A DNA stretch of 64,000 nucleotides from Gammaproteobacteria bacterium (GTDB lineage: Bacteria > Pseudomonadota > Gammaproteobacteria > JABABF01 > JAHRAO01): positions 1,939 through 65,938 of the forward strand of contig JAHRAO010000006.1 of assembly GCA_020027215.1 (NCBI GenBank), read 5' to 3'. A model generated the notes under the pieces. That model worked only from the letters and a program-made list of their open reading frames with translations. It was not told the DNA's origin and did not search any database. This document shows positions 39,268 through 50,923 of this stretch, in pieces (the first letter of the stretch is position 1; every line of letters starts with the position of its first letter). The position numbers were made by a program, and so were the translations under genes.

Positions 39268-41325
39268 ATGCTAAGAGTGGCAACAGATATTGGCGGCACT
39301 TTTACCGATGTGGTCTATATTCGCAACAACTCAATTCATCAAGCAAAGTGCGATACTGTTTATCCCCATTTCGAACAGGGAGTGATCAATGCACTTGTAA
39401 AAACTAATCTCACTTGTTCCGATATTGATTTTTTTGCTCATGGGACGACAATTGTCATCAACACCTTGACCGAGCGCACAGGAGCGGTTACTGGCCTTAT
39501 TACTACGCGCGGTTTCCGTGATGTGTTAGAAATTGCCCGCGGAGACACCCCAGATATCTACAACGTGTATTACCAAAAACCCAAACCATTTGTCCCACGT
39601 TACCTGCGCTGCGAAATCACCGAACGCGTTAATCACAAAGGAGAAATCATTACCCCACTTGCCGAAAATGAAATAGAGCCCATTATTGACCAATTCCAAG
39701 CAGAAGGCGTCACCGCCATTGCCATCTGTTTTTTACATTCCTACGCTAACCCTGAGCATGAACGCACCGCAATGGCATTGATTAAGAAAAAATGGCCTAC
39801 AGTAGCGGTTGTAACGTCTTATCAAGTTTGTCGTGAACAAAGAGAATATGAACGCACCAATACCGCTGCCCTATCTGCGTATGTACTCCCACAAACTGAC
39901 GCATATATTGAAAAATTAGTGAGCAAATTATCCAAACGGGGGTTGCGCTGTACACCCTACATTATGCAATCCAACGGCGGAATCACAACGGCAGCACATG
40001 CGCGAACTCACCCAATCGCCTTAATTGAGTCCGGTCCTGTGGGCGGTATTTTAGGCGCTGCCTCCTATGCCAAACTCATCGGAGTCCCTGATATCATTGC
40101 ATTAGACATTGGCGGCACCACAGCCAAATGCGCGCTCATTCAGGATGGGCATATACCCATTACGACAGAGTATGTCATAGAAAAAACTCCGACAAGTAGC
40201 GGTTACCCTATCAAAACACCGGTGATCGATCTCGTTGAAATTGGAAATGGCGGAGGAAGCATTGCATGGATAGATAGTGCTCATGCCTTGCATGTCGGCC
40301 CGCACAGTGCCGGCTCAAACCCCGGACCAGTTGCCTATGGGCGCGGCGGAGAAAAACCCACAACCACCGATGCCAATTTATACACCGGATGTATCAATGC
40401 CGACAACTTTGTTGGTGGCACTGTTCGTCCCGATAGAGAGAGAATAGAACAAGCATTTCAGTCTTTAGGTGATCAATTAGGCGTAAGCGCAATGGAGGCT
40501 GCTCAAGGCGTTATTCAGATTGCAAATGCGAATATGGTCAACGCATTAAAATTAGTTTCAGTCAATCGTGGATATGATCCACGTGATTTTGTGTTAATCG
40601 CATTTGGAGGTGGTGGAGCAATGCACGCTACGGCATTAGCGAGTGAATTGAGTATCCCCAAAGTCATTATTCCGCCACATGCAGGCGTGTTCTCAGCGTG
40701 GGGAATGCTCATGTTGGATCTGCGGCGTGATTATATCTTGGCGATGCAAGCACAATTAACCCCTGCAAATCTCCCAGTATTGGCACAACATTACCAACAA
40801 TTAACACATGAAGCGCGCGATGATTTCAAACGGGATGGTTTCAGCGATCATCAAATTCGCGACGAACGTTATATTGATGCGCGTTATATTGGGCAAGGAC
40901 ATACAGTGCGCATTGCAGTGAATACGGGAGAGATCAACGATGGTTGGTTGACACAAAGTATCGCCACCTTCCACAGCGAACATGAAAAAGCATTCACATT
41001 TCGTTTAGATAGTATTATTGAAGTTGTGAATATTCATTTAGTGTCCTTTGGGTTAGTCGATAAATCCGAGTGCCCCGAGATCGCGCGGGTGACTTCTGCA
41101 CAAGCAACACCCTTTAGCGAGCGCAGAGTCGATTTTGCACAATACGGGGTCTATTCAACATCCATATATAAGCGCACTGATTTATCTCCTGGTATGGTCA
41201 TCAATGGGCCAGCCATTATTGAAGAAGAAACCACCACCACTGCTGTCTTGCCGCACAATCAATTGGAACTCGATAGGTTTGGTGGGTTACATATTTCCAT
41301 CAATTCACCTGACATCACAAATTAG
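39268..41325 (+). CDS. hyuA: Hydantoinase A / N-methylhydantoinase A (oxoprolinase family)
   Basis: DIGGTFTD, HGTT, TTRGFRDVLEI, REYERT, MQSNGG, ESGPVGG, DIGGTT, SAGSNPGPVAYGRGG, AFGGGG. Confidence 0.93.
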   Translation: MLRVATDIGGTFTDVVYIRNNSIHQAKCDTVYPHFEQGVINALVKTNLTCSDIDFFAHGTTIVINTLTERTGAVTGLITTRGFRDVLEIARGDTPDIYNVYYQKPKPFVPRYLRCEITERVNHKGEIITPLAENEIEPIIDQFQAEGVTAIAICFLHSYANPEHERTAMALIKKKWPTVAVVTSYQVCREQREYERTNTAALSAYVLPQTDAYIEKLVSKLSKRGLRCTPYIMQSNGGITTAAHARTHPIALIESGPVGGILGAASYAKLIGVPDIIALDIGGTTAKCALIQDGHIPITTEYVIEKTPTSSGYPIKTPVIDLVEIGNGGGSIAWIDSAHALHVGPHSAGSNPGPVAYGRGGEKPTTTDANLYTGCINADNFVGGTVRPDRERIEQAFQSLGDQLGVSAMEAAQGVIQIANANMVNALKLVSVNRGYDPRDFVLIAFGGGGAMHATALASELSIPKVIIPPHAGVFSAWGMLMLDLRRDYILAMQAQLTPANLPVLAQHYQQLTHEARDDFKRDGFSDHQIRDERYIDARYIGQGHTVRIAVNTGEINDGWLTQSIATFHSEHEKAFTFRLDSIIEVVNIHLVSFGLVDKSECPEIARVTSAQATPFSERRVDFAQYGVYSTSIYKRTDLSPGMVINGPAIIEEETTTTAVLPHNQLELDRFGGLHISINSPDITN

Positions 41326-41334
41326 GAGGGGGCT

Positions 41335-43014
41335 ATTAAAAGCAATATTTTTACCAACGAGATCATCAAGAGCACATTGGTTGCCTTAGGTGAAGAAATG
41401 TTTATCGCCCTTAAACGCTCAAGTATGAGTCCAGTGATTTACGAAGCTCTGGATTACGGAATCGGTATCACCGATGCTCAAGGACGTTTAATTGCTCAAG
41501 GTAATGGAATCCCTGCTTTTATCGGCACCTTAGATGGTGCCGTCCAATCCATTATTAACAAACACGGGTTAGAAGCGATACACCCTGACGATATTTTTAT
41601 CCAAAACAGCCCTTACGAGGGTGGCGGAACACATTTGTCAGATGTTTGTATGCTTAAACCCGTATTTTATCATCAGCAACTGGTGGCATGGACAGCCTGT
41701 AAAGCACATTGGACTGAGATCGGTGGCAAAGATGCTGGGAGTGTCAGTGCAGATACAACTGAAATTTTTCAAGAAGGATTGTTTTTCCCGGGAATTAAAA
41801 TCTTTGAACGGAAGCAACCCAATCAAGCACTCATTGATTTAATTCGTGCGAATGTTCGCCTTCCCGATATGACATTAGGTGACATGTGGTCTAGTATCGC
41901 CGCACTGCAAGTGGGTGAACGGCGCTTCATAGAGTTGCTCAATAAATACAGCCTAGACGTAGTGCTCGCGGCAATAGAGACAATGTTAGATCACGCTGAA
42001 GCAATGGTGGTCAAAAAATTGAAACAACTACCAAAGGGGACATTTAAGGCAGAAGATATTATCGATAGTGATGGCATAGGCAACGGTCCATTTCGTATTG
42101 CGGTCACAGTCACCATTAGTGACGATTATGTCACTATGGATTATACTGGGACAGACGCACAAGTACCGGGTCCAATCAATATGTCTTATGGTGGATTAAT
42201 ATCGGCTGCACGCGAAGTTTTTATGGGAATAGTCGATCCCGGCGTCCCCGCAAACGATGGTTGTTTTAGGCGCATTCAATTAATATGCCCTCCCCATACA
42301 CTCTGTTCGGCAACTCATCCAGCAGCGGTTTCTTCGTATTACGATGTGATGGTTTACGCTGCTGATGTTGTGCGCAAAGCATTAGCTAACGCCCTGCCCG
42401 GAAAACTCCTTGCTGGGCAATACGGTGCAGTATGTACTGTTATTATCGCTGGACACCACACAAAAAATCAGCACGATACACCTTTTATTCTCGTCCAACC
42501 GCTCGCCGGTGGATGGGGTGGTGGTGCAGATAAAGATGGCGAAAGTGGACAGTTTTGTCTCGGGAACGGCGAAACGCGCAATATCCCAGTAGAAGTCACC
42601 GAGTCCTGCTACGATGTTTTAGTACAACAGTATGCACTTCACTACCCCGGACAAGGAATTGGCGCCGGTCAGCAACGGGGTGGGCGGGGAATCGTATTAG
42701 ATTATCTTGCGCTCAGCGATATCAGCGCATCAATCTTATTTAGTCGGGAAGAAACGCCGCCTTGGCCTATTCAGGGTGCACACAGCGGATCTTGTAATTA
42801 TGCCTGTGTCATCAATCAAAAAGGGGAACAAGAACATTTTACCCGCAAACAAGTGCACATCAAAAAAGGCGAGACCATTCGTATGGTAACCGGAAGCGGT
42901 GCTGGATGGGGCATGCCAAACAAACGCCCGCACGACCTCATTAAATCAGATATTAAAAATGAATGGATTACTCGCGAAGAAGCGCACAATATTTATCATT
43001 ATCCGCTCCAATAA
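41335..43014 (+). CDS. hyuB: Hydantoinase B / N-methylhydantoinase B; apparent ATT start
   Basis: SPVIYEALDY, NSPYEGGGTHLSD, HWTEIGG, EIFQEG, NIPVEV.E, GAGQQRGG. AGGAGG at 41324-41329 precedes an in-frame ATT at 41335. Confidence 0.9.
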   Translation: MKSNIFTNEIIKSTLVALGEEMFIALKRSSMSPVIYEALDYGIGITDAQGRLIAQGNGIPAFIGTLDGAVQSIINKHGLEAIHPDDIFIQNSPYEGGGTHLSDVCMLKPVFYHQQLVAWTACKAHWTEIGGKDAGSVSADTTEIFQEGLFFPGIKIFERKQPNQALIDLIRANVRLPDMTLGDMWSSIAALQVGERRFIELLNKYSLDVVLAAIETMLDHAEAMVVKKLKQLPKGTFKAEDIIDSDGIGNGPFRIAVTVTISDDYVTMDYTGTDAQVPGPINMSYGGLISAAREVFMGIVDPGVPANDGCFRRIQLICPPHTLCSATHPAAVSSYYDVMVYAADVVRKALANALPGKLLAGQYGAVCTVIIAGHHTKNQHDTPFILVQPLAGGWGGGADKDGESGQFCLGNGETRNIPVEVTESCYDVLVQQYALHYPGQGIGAGQQRGGRGIVLDYLALSDISASILFSREETPPWPIQGAHSGSCNYACVINQKGEQEHFTRKQVHIKKGETIRMVTGSGAGWGMPNKRPHDLIKSDIKNEWITREEAHNIYHYPLQ

Positions 43015-43019
43015 CCCGC

Positions 43020-44456
43020 TCATCGATCATCATCCACAAGCCATTGCTGTGCATAAGAACGCAAATCATTTAATATATTGTGCTCATCCACAGAAGCAGT
43101 TTTTTGCATGGTTTCTATCTGTGATAAATATTGCTCCAAATTGACCGCTTTGTCGTAAGGCGGTTTCGTAATGCGTTGAGCACAATCTTGTCGCCAACGC
43201 TGTGCTTCACTATCACTGAGGCTTTGTGGGAAATTGCGCGCCCGATAGCGAAACAGCATTTCAGGCAAGCGCTGATCCTCGAATTGCCATTGGGCGGTAC
43301 GCAATTCATCGGCAGACGCCGCACGGATTTTCTTTAATGCCCGCTGATCCTGATAAGACCACCCTAAACTTGAATACAACATTAAGTCGGGATCATTTTT
43401 TTCAGGATACAAATGCTGATAAATTGCCTGCACTTTTTCTGTTAACTTCTTAATTGACATAAGTTTATCCGACTTAACACAGCATTCATCATAAGACAGG
43501 TTGAGTCGTTTTAATATCTGTTCGTCTTGGCAATATTGTTCGGGCGCCAGCATAGGGGATTGATTGAGTTTAATGACTTTTAAGCCAAGATGACGAGGCG
43601 ATATTTCCGACTGCGGAGAGGAAAATAAAATTGCACGACACTCTTCCACCGACGATGTCAATAACAATTCAGGATCTTGTCGTAAATCATACGTGATATA
43701 TTGATTTTTTATGGTTGGATGCTGCATTAAATACAAAAGCATAGTCGCACAGGCTTCTTCTTTTGGATAATAATAATCAAAGTGCAGTACGCGAGGTTGT
43801 GCAGGTGAGATAAACTTACACACACCCTGTCTATTGCGCAACGATAGAGCATGATCAAATAACCTAAGTTGTTTTTCTTTAAGCAGGCGGACAAGGGCAA
43901 TCGTTGCCCGCACGTCGGCTAAAGCATCGTGTGCGTGGTAATTGATGCCATTGGCATGCGCCAAATCCAAGAGGCGAAACGAAGGTTGTCCTTCTTCATT
44001 GAGTGCCCATTGCAATCCATCTGGGCGGAGTGCGTATGTCATTCGGAACATATCAATCACGTCCCACCGCGAACAGGGGTTAATTTCATGTCTATAGGGA
44101 TTGTAAAAATTGCGGTAAAACAAATGGCGGGTAATTTCATGGTCAAAGCGCATGCTGTTGTAGCCCACCGCACAAGTATCTGGACGATTGAGTTGTGCAT
44201 AAACCCGATGCGCTAATTCACATTCCGCAATGCCCTTTTCTTGCGCAACAATGGGAGAAATGCCATGCACCAAGCAACTCGCGGGATCAGGGAGAATATC
44301 TGCCTGTGGGCGGCAATAATAATTCAGTGGGGAGTCTATTTCATTAAGTTCAGTATCGGTGCGGACACCGGCAATCTGCGCAATGCGACTCCATTGAGGG
44401 TATGCGCCAAAAGTCTCGTAATCGTACCAATAAAAGGTTCTACCATTCGTCGTCAC
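43020..44456 (-). CDS. sbcB: Exodeoxyribonuclease I
   Basis: WYDYETFG, GYNSMRFD, RWDVID, LRPDG..W, AHDALADV.ATI, RLPEMLFRYRARNFP. Confidence 0.96.
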   Translation of the reverse strand: MTTNGRTFYWYDYETFGAYPQWSRIAQIAGVRTDTELNEIDSPLNYYCRPQADILPDPASCLVHGISPIVAQEKGIAECELAHRVYAQLNRPDTCAVGYNSMRFDHEITRHLFYRNFYNPYRHEINPCSRWDVIDMFRMTYALRPDGLQWALNEEGQPSFRLLDLAHANGINYHAHDALADVRATIALVRLLKEKQLRLFDHALSLRNRQGVCKFISPAQPRVLHFDYYYPKEEACATMLLYLMQHPTIKNQYITYDLRQDPELLLTSSVEECRAILFSSPQSEISPRHLGLKVIKLNQSPMLAPEQYCQDEQILKRLNLSYDECCVKSDKLMSIKKLTEKVQAIYQHLYPEKNDPDLMLYSSLGWSYQDQRALKKIRAASADELRTAQWQFEDQRLPEMLFRYRARNFPQSLSDSEAQRWRQDCAQRITKPPYDKAVNLEQYLSQIETMQKTASVDEHNILNDLRSYAQQWLVDDDR

Positions 44457-45982
44457 TGGACGTCTGGTAAACGAATTTTTTCGGCAATAATTTCACGCCA
44501 TTGGGCTGGGCCAGATTGATGCACCGATTGCCCGTGCGTATCGACCGCTAAAGTCACCGGCATATCGCGCACTTCAAATTCATAAATAGCCTCCATACCC
44601 ATATCGGCAAAGGCGACAACTTTGGCAGATTTGATCGCTTTAGAAACAAGGTATGCTGCCCCGCCCACAGAAATTAAATACACTGCCCGATGTTTTTTAA
44701 TGGATTCAATCGCCGCAGGACCGCGCTCGGCTTTACCGATCATACCGATGAGTCCGGTATGCTCTAAAATTGTATCGGTGTACTTATCCATACGCGTTGC
44801 AGTGGTCGGACCGGCAGGGCCAACCACCTCGTCGCGAACTGGATCAACCGGCCCCACATAATAGATAAAGCGATTATTGAAATCCACCCCAGAAGGCAAG
44901 GGTTCGTCTTGGGCAATCATTTGTGTTAAACGCTTATGTGTTGCATCACGTCCCGTCAATATCTTGCCCGAAAGGAGCAAAGTTTCGCCTACTTTCCAAT
45001 TTTGAATGGATTCACGAGTCAATTCATCTAAATTGACTCGCCGGGATCCCTCACCCGCCGTCCAATTGACCTGTGGCCATTGCTCTAAATCGGGAGGTGT
45101 CTGGTATACGGGTCCTGATCCATCCAACACAAAATGGGCATGACGAGTCGCAGCACAATTAGGAATGATCGCCACTGGGCAGGAGGCAGCGTGAGTGGGA
45201 TAATCTTTAATTTTTACATCCACAACGGTGGTTAAGCCCCCGAGTCCCTGTGCCCCTATTCCCAATTTATTCACTTCGTCCATAATTTCAATACGTAATT
45301 CTTCAATGCGGTTTTGGGCACCACGTTGACGTAATTCACCGATATCAATGGGATCCATTAAGGATTCTTTTGCTAACAAAGTTGCTTTTTCTGCCGAGCC
45401 GCCTATGCCAATACCCAACATTCCGGGCGGACACCATCCAGCGCCTAAAGTCGGCACAGTTTCTACCACCCATTGCACGATATCATCACCTGGATTGAGC
45501 ATAGCCAATTTGGATTTATTTTCCGAACCGCCACCTTTTGCTGCTAAGCGCACATCTACTTTATCGCCGGGGACAAGTTCGGTGTGAATCACTGCTGGAG
45601 TGTTATCCTTTGTATTCTGGCGTTTTCCTGCCGGATCAGAGACGATTGACGCGCGTAGAATATTGTCTGGATGAAGATATGCCTGACGTACACCTTCATT
45701 GATCATATCATTGAGGGACATGGTCGTGTTCCACCGCACATCCATTCCCACTGAGACAAATATGACCACAATCCCTGTATCTTGACAAATTGGACGTTTG
45801 CCCTCGGCACACATTCGCGAATTGACTAAAATTTGTGCCATAGCATCCCGTGCTGACTTTGATTCTTCTTTTTTCCACGCCTCATAGACAGCAGTAATAA
45901 AATCCAACGGATGATAATAGGACATAAACTGCAATGCATCTTTGACGCTCTCAATAAGGTGATCGTGCTGAATTGTGGTCAT
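44453..45982 (-). CDS. Class I (Fe-S) fumarate hydratase
   Basis: RPICQDTG, AKGGGSENKS, GWCPPG, NCAATRH, GPTTATRMD. Confidence 0.96.
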   Translation of the reverse strand: MTTIQHDHLIESVKDALQFMSYYHPLDFITAVYEAWKKEESKSARDAMAQILVNSRMCAEGKRPICQDTGIVVIFVSVGMDVRWNTTMSLNDMINEGVRQAYLHPDNILRASIVSDPAGKRQNTKDNTPAVIHTELVPGDKVDVRLAAKGGGSENKSKLAMLNPGDDIVQWVVETVPTLGAGWCPPGMLGIGIGGSAEKATLLAKESLMDPIDIGELRQRGAQNRIEELRIEIMDEVNKLGIGAQGLGGLTTVVDVKIKDYPTHAASCPVAIIPNCAATRHAHFVLDGSGPVYQTPPDLEQWPQVNWTAGEGSRRVNLDELTRESIQNWKVGETLLLSGKILTGRDATHKRLTQMIAQDEPLPSGVDFNNRFIYYVGPVDPVRDEVVGPAGPTTATRMDKYTDTILEHTGLIGMIGKAERGPAAIESIKKHRAVYLISVGGAAYLVSKAIKSAKVVAFADMGMEAIYEFEVRDMPVTLAVDTHGQSVHQSGPAQWREIIAEKIRLPDVQ

Positions 45983-46012
45983 GAAAGTATCCTCTCCATT
46001 ATATTGTTGGCT

Positions 46013-46696
46013 CTATTGATTGCTCGCGGGAATGAAAGTAGCATTACGTATTTCGGTTAAACGCCGATTGATATCTCGCCGATAAGTATCCACTGATTTT
46101 TTCCATTGCTCCATCTCTACTAATTTCCGATTAATGAGTTGTAGCTCATTTTGATTGCGCTTGTCGGTTGATTGTAGATTGCGGATATCGGCAATCGTTT
46201 TATTCAATGTGTTTTGAAGGGAACGCATTGCCACAATGTCTTCTACCAATTTTTGTTGGGCACTGCTGATCGATTGGAGCTGTTTATTAATCGCACTCAA
46301 ATGTGCAGTGACCTTTTTATCCAATGTGCTGATTTGATTGTTCATTGACCGACGATTTTTTTTCTCTGCCGATATCCCTGCGTTGCGCACACGTTCCACA
46401 TCACGCGTAATATTACGCACATCGGTGCGGAATTGACTGTGCATTTCTTCCATGGATTGGTTGACCTGTACCACCTGCTCTTCTAAAGACCTCATGCGGT
46501 CAACTGAATCAATGAGCACCGCTTCTTTGACTTGATCTTTCTCCCATAACAGTAGCGTTGCCCCGCCTATGAGCGTGATCGGTACAATCGCCATCAAAAT
46601 AATAGTAAAAGTTCGTGAAAGGTTGCTCGCTTGGCGGCGGCGCGCCATGTATTCAGGATCTGCTGTGGGGCGTGAAAGTGAGCGATTAACAGCCAT
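46013..46696 (-). CDS. Membrane-anchored coiled-coil hypothetical protein
   Basis: Single TM (residues ~30-50), long heptad-rich region, C-terminal SVDTYRRDINRRL. Confidence 0.7.
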   Translation of the reverse strand: MAVNRSLSRPTADPEYMARRRQASNLSRTFTIILMAIVPITLIGGATLLLWEKDQVKEAVLIDSVDRMRSLEEQVVQVNQSMEEMHSQFRTDVRNITRDVERVRNAGISAEKKNRRSMNNQISTLDKKVTAHLSAINKQLQSISSAQQKLVEDIVAMRSLQNTLNKTIADIRNLQSTDKRNQNELQLINRKLVEMEQWKKSVDTYRRDINRRLTEIRNATFIPASNQ

Positions 46697-46773
46697 GACT
46701 AATCACCCTTCATCACTTCACCCTTCTACAAAAAGGAAAAGTGGAGAGAGAAGATAATAAAAAATGAATGTTT

Positions 46774-47472
46774 TTACAATAAATCAGCAACAAGATAGAG
46801 TACGATCGTCAAAATAATCCCGCCATGAATGACCCCATTGACTGTCGTAATTTTAATATAGTCCACTTTACCAAATATCGCATTCAATTCCAGTGCAGCA
46901 ATGATCACTAAGCCGACAATCATGCTGAGCACATTATCGGTAAAGGAATAGGCGCCACTCCCCGCCATGTGCGCTGAGCTCACCATGAATAAAAGCATAG
47001 GAATCGAAAATAAAGTATTGTGTCGCGATGCACAACCCGCACGGGCAAGTGCCGTTGCCGCAGTGGGTAAAGGGTCATTTCATTGCGCCACATGCCGAGC
47101 ATTTTCAATGACTATTTGCTGGTTAGGCCAAATAATGAGCCATACATTGAGGAACATTAAAGTTCCTAAAATCGCCCCAAAGACGATATAACCCTTGAGG
47201 ACGGTGAGATCAAATCCTGGGAGGATCAATAAGATTAATAAGATGACCCCAGTTAAAAAAGTAAACATTGCTCCCCAACGAAACCACCATAGGGCGCGCG
47301 GGGCAAGTTTTTGCAAAACATCTGATTTGACTGTGGCATCGGTTTCTTTAAAATATTCAGTCTGCACAAAATTAAAGTAGTACAACATACCGATCCACAC
47401 AATACCAAAAAGAACATGCAACCAGCGCCATAGTTCATTGGCGTGATTATAAAAAATTGCTAGATCACCCAT
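46774..47472 (-). pseudogene. Urate hydroxylase PuuD-like membrane protein with an in-frame TGA at 47080-47082
   Basis: RWLHVLFGIVWIGMLYYFNFVQ, ALWWFRW, MFLNVWLIIWPNQ. Read-through HVAQ*NDPLPTAATALARAGCASRHNTLFSIPMLLFMVSSAH joins both ORFs in frame. Confidence 0.82.
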
Positions 47473-47554
47473 ATTGTTACCCTCTCTATTCAGTTCACAA
47501 AATTAAGTATGCATCACTCCTTGCTTATTTTAACCGATTTTTCCCAATAAAAAT

Positions 47555-47584
47555 AAAAAAGCCCTCAATAAATGAGGGCTTTTT
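47555..47584 (-). terminator. Intrinsic, bidirectional-looking terminator after groEL
   Basis: AAAAAAGCCCTCA-ATAAA-TGAGGGCTTTTT, 23 bp past the groEL stop. Confidence 0.9.
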
Positions 47585-47607
47585 ATAGTGCTTCACGACA
47601 AAATGCG

Positions 47608-49251
<1,644 letters not shown>

Positions 49252-49327
49252 TCAATCTCCTTAGTTCAAATAAGAATAGTGTATAAATTAAAATGAATCG
49301 GTAATTTTTTAGTAGTAAAAGTGTCTT

Positions 49328-49624
49328 TTATCCCTCTATACGGGCATAAATTTCATCTTCACGCATAATAATCAGCTCTTCACCATCTAGCTTGACAGTG
49401 TTACTGCCGGCATATTGGCCGAAGACGACTTTATCGCCGACTTTAAGCGCTAAAGGACGACGACCACCATCATCTAATACAGCACCATCTCCCACAGCAA
49501 CGACTTCACCTTGATTAGGTTTTTCTTGAGCGCCACTCGGTAATACAATACCACCTGTAGATTTTTCTTCTTCATCATTACGGCGGACAACAACACGATC
49601 GTAAAGTGGGCATATTTTCATCAA
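49328..49624 (-). CDS. groS: Co-chaperonin GroES
   Basis: [32 protein letters not shown]. Confidence 0.98.
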   Translation of the reverse strand: MMKICPLYDRVVVRRNDEEEKSTGGIVLPSGAQEKPNQGEVVAVGDGAVLDDGGRRPLALKVGDKVVFGQYAGSNTVKLDGEELIIMREDEIYARIEG

Positions 49625-49702
49625 TAAACTCTACCTTAAATATGTATAAATTGGGTCAATAAAAAGCCTAACAATGCTCATTAGGCATAATCTTATTCAA
49701 CA

Positions 49703-49730
49703 ATATGGGGATAGTAAATATTTTTTCAAG
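49703..49730 (-). promoter_or_regulatory. Sigma32 (RpoH) heat-shock promoter of groESL
   Basis: Minus strand reads CTTGAA-N14-CCCCATAT, matching the sigma32 consensus. Confidence 0.9.
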
Positions 49731-49741
49731 GGTAAAAAATA

Positions 49742-50539
49742 TTAAGCACAAACACAGTGCGTTTTTTCCATATTATCCAAACATAAAGCCACCAACGCCC
49801 CCCCCCAAACACACCCGCCATCTAACGCGTACACATGCGGCGTATCGCATTTGCCGCGCAACGCCGCCCAATGTCCGAAAATAATGATATCATCGCGAGT
49901 GCGTCTATGCGGATGAGCAAACCATGGACGCATAGTGATATTCGGATGAGTGGAATCGGTCACCGTAAAATCACATGAGCCCGCGGCATTACAAAACCTT
50001 ATTTGGGTTAAAGAGCGGATAGTCGTGCGGCATTGATCCACAACGCTTTCCGATATTCTTTGTGATGTATCGGAGTACAATCTGTGCAATAGTTGCCGAC
50101 AGTGGGGCGGATGACGTAACCGCTGTCCAGCTTGGTCTGCATATATTTGGGCATCGGCAATACTCCATTGCGGAGGAATCCCAGCGTGTACTAACGTGTA
50201 GTTATGTTCCCTATACAACAAAGGACATGTTACCAACCATTGCAATAATTCAGCACAATCAGGAGCGGTGACCACCGCCTGCAATGCAGAATTATCCGAT
50301 GAGTCCACGATACCGTTTGCAGCGGCAAGTAAATATATATCATGGTTTCCTAATACAATGCGTAACGAATCGCGAATAGTATATAAATAACGCAATACGC
50401 CGAGTGAATCCGGACCACGATTAACCAAATCCCCAGTGAGCCATAAGGTGTCGCTTTTAGGGTTAAAGTGCAATTGTCCCAATAATCGCCTCAATGGCTC
50501 ATAACAACCTTGAATATCGCCAATGACATAAGTTTTCAC
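49742..50539 (-). CDS. apaH: Symmetrical bis(5'-nucleosyl)-tetraphosphatase
   Basis: IGDIQGC, GDLVNRGPDS, LGNHD, VHAGIPPQW, FGHWAAL, GCVWGG. Confidence 0.96.
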   Translation of the reverse strand: MKTYVIGDIQGCYEPLRRLLGQLHFNPKSDTLWLTGDLVNRGPDSLGVLRYLYTIRDSLRIVLGNHDIYLLAAANGIVDSSDNSALQAVVTAPDCAELLQWLVTCPLLYREHNYTLVHAGIPPQWSIADAQIYADQAGQRLRHPPHCRQLLHRLYSDTSQRISESVVDQCRTTIRSLTQIRFCNAAGSCDFTVTDSTHPNITMRPWFAHPHRRTRDDIIIFGHWAALRGKCDTPHVYALDGGCVWGGALVALCLDNMEKTHCVCA

Positions 50540-50542
50540 CGA

Positions 50543-50923
50543 TCAATGATAAGGTTTAGAAGTCAATATAAAAGGCGCAATAGGGACGTTAAATAATGTC
50601 CCATCCACAGTAGTCATCTGGTAAAAACCGTGCATTTCTCCTTCGGGAACTTCTAAAATCACGCCGCTCGTGTAAGCAAATACCTGCCCTGCAGGGATAA
50701 AAGGTTGTTGACCGATGACGCCCTCGCCATCTACCTCTTGTAATATTTCGCCACTCGCTTTTGTAATCGTCCAATGACGGCGAAGCAAGCGAATAGTTTC
50801 CTTTCTTTTATTAGCAATCCGAATGTGGTAGGCCCACACATAGTAATCATCGGTAGTGGAGGAATGTGGCGAGAGGTATTCGACAACGACATCCACTACA
50901 ACATTGGGTGAGGGCTTATTCAT
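50543..50923 (-). CDS. apaG: ApaG protein
   Basis: AYHIRI.N, LLRRHW.I, V.GEGVIGQQP, YTSG, G.MHG.Y. Confidence 0.95.
   Translation of the reverse strand: MNKPSPNVVVDVVVEYLSPHSSTTDDYYVWAYHIRIANKRKETIRLLRRHWTITKASGEILQEVDGEGVIGQQPFIPAGQVFAYTSGVILEVPEGEMHGFYQMTTVDGTLFNVPIAPFILTSKPYH

Noticed and set aside
6161-47472. Stop-codon reassignment (TAG or TGA as sense) to explain the interrupted genes
   Set aside because: All three stop types interrupt genes, and intact genes end in TAG (glmS, nqrF) and TGA (ftsE, map), so the standard code applies.
49798-49806. C9 tract in apaH as a phase-variation site
   Set aside because: It encodes the conserved WGG motif in frame in a housekeeping gene.
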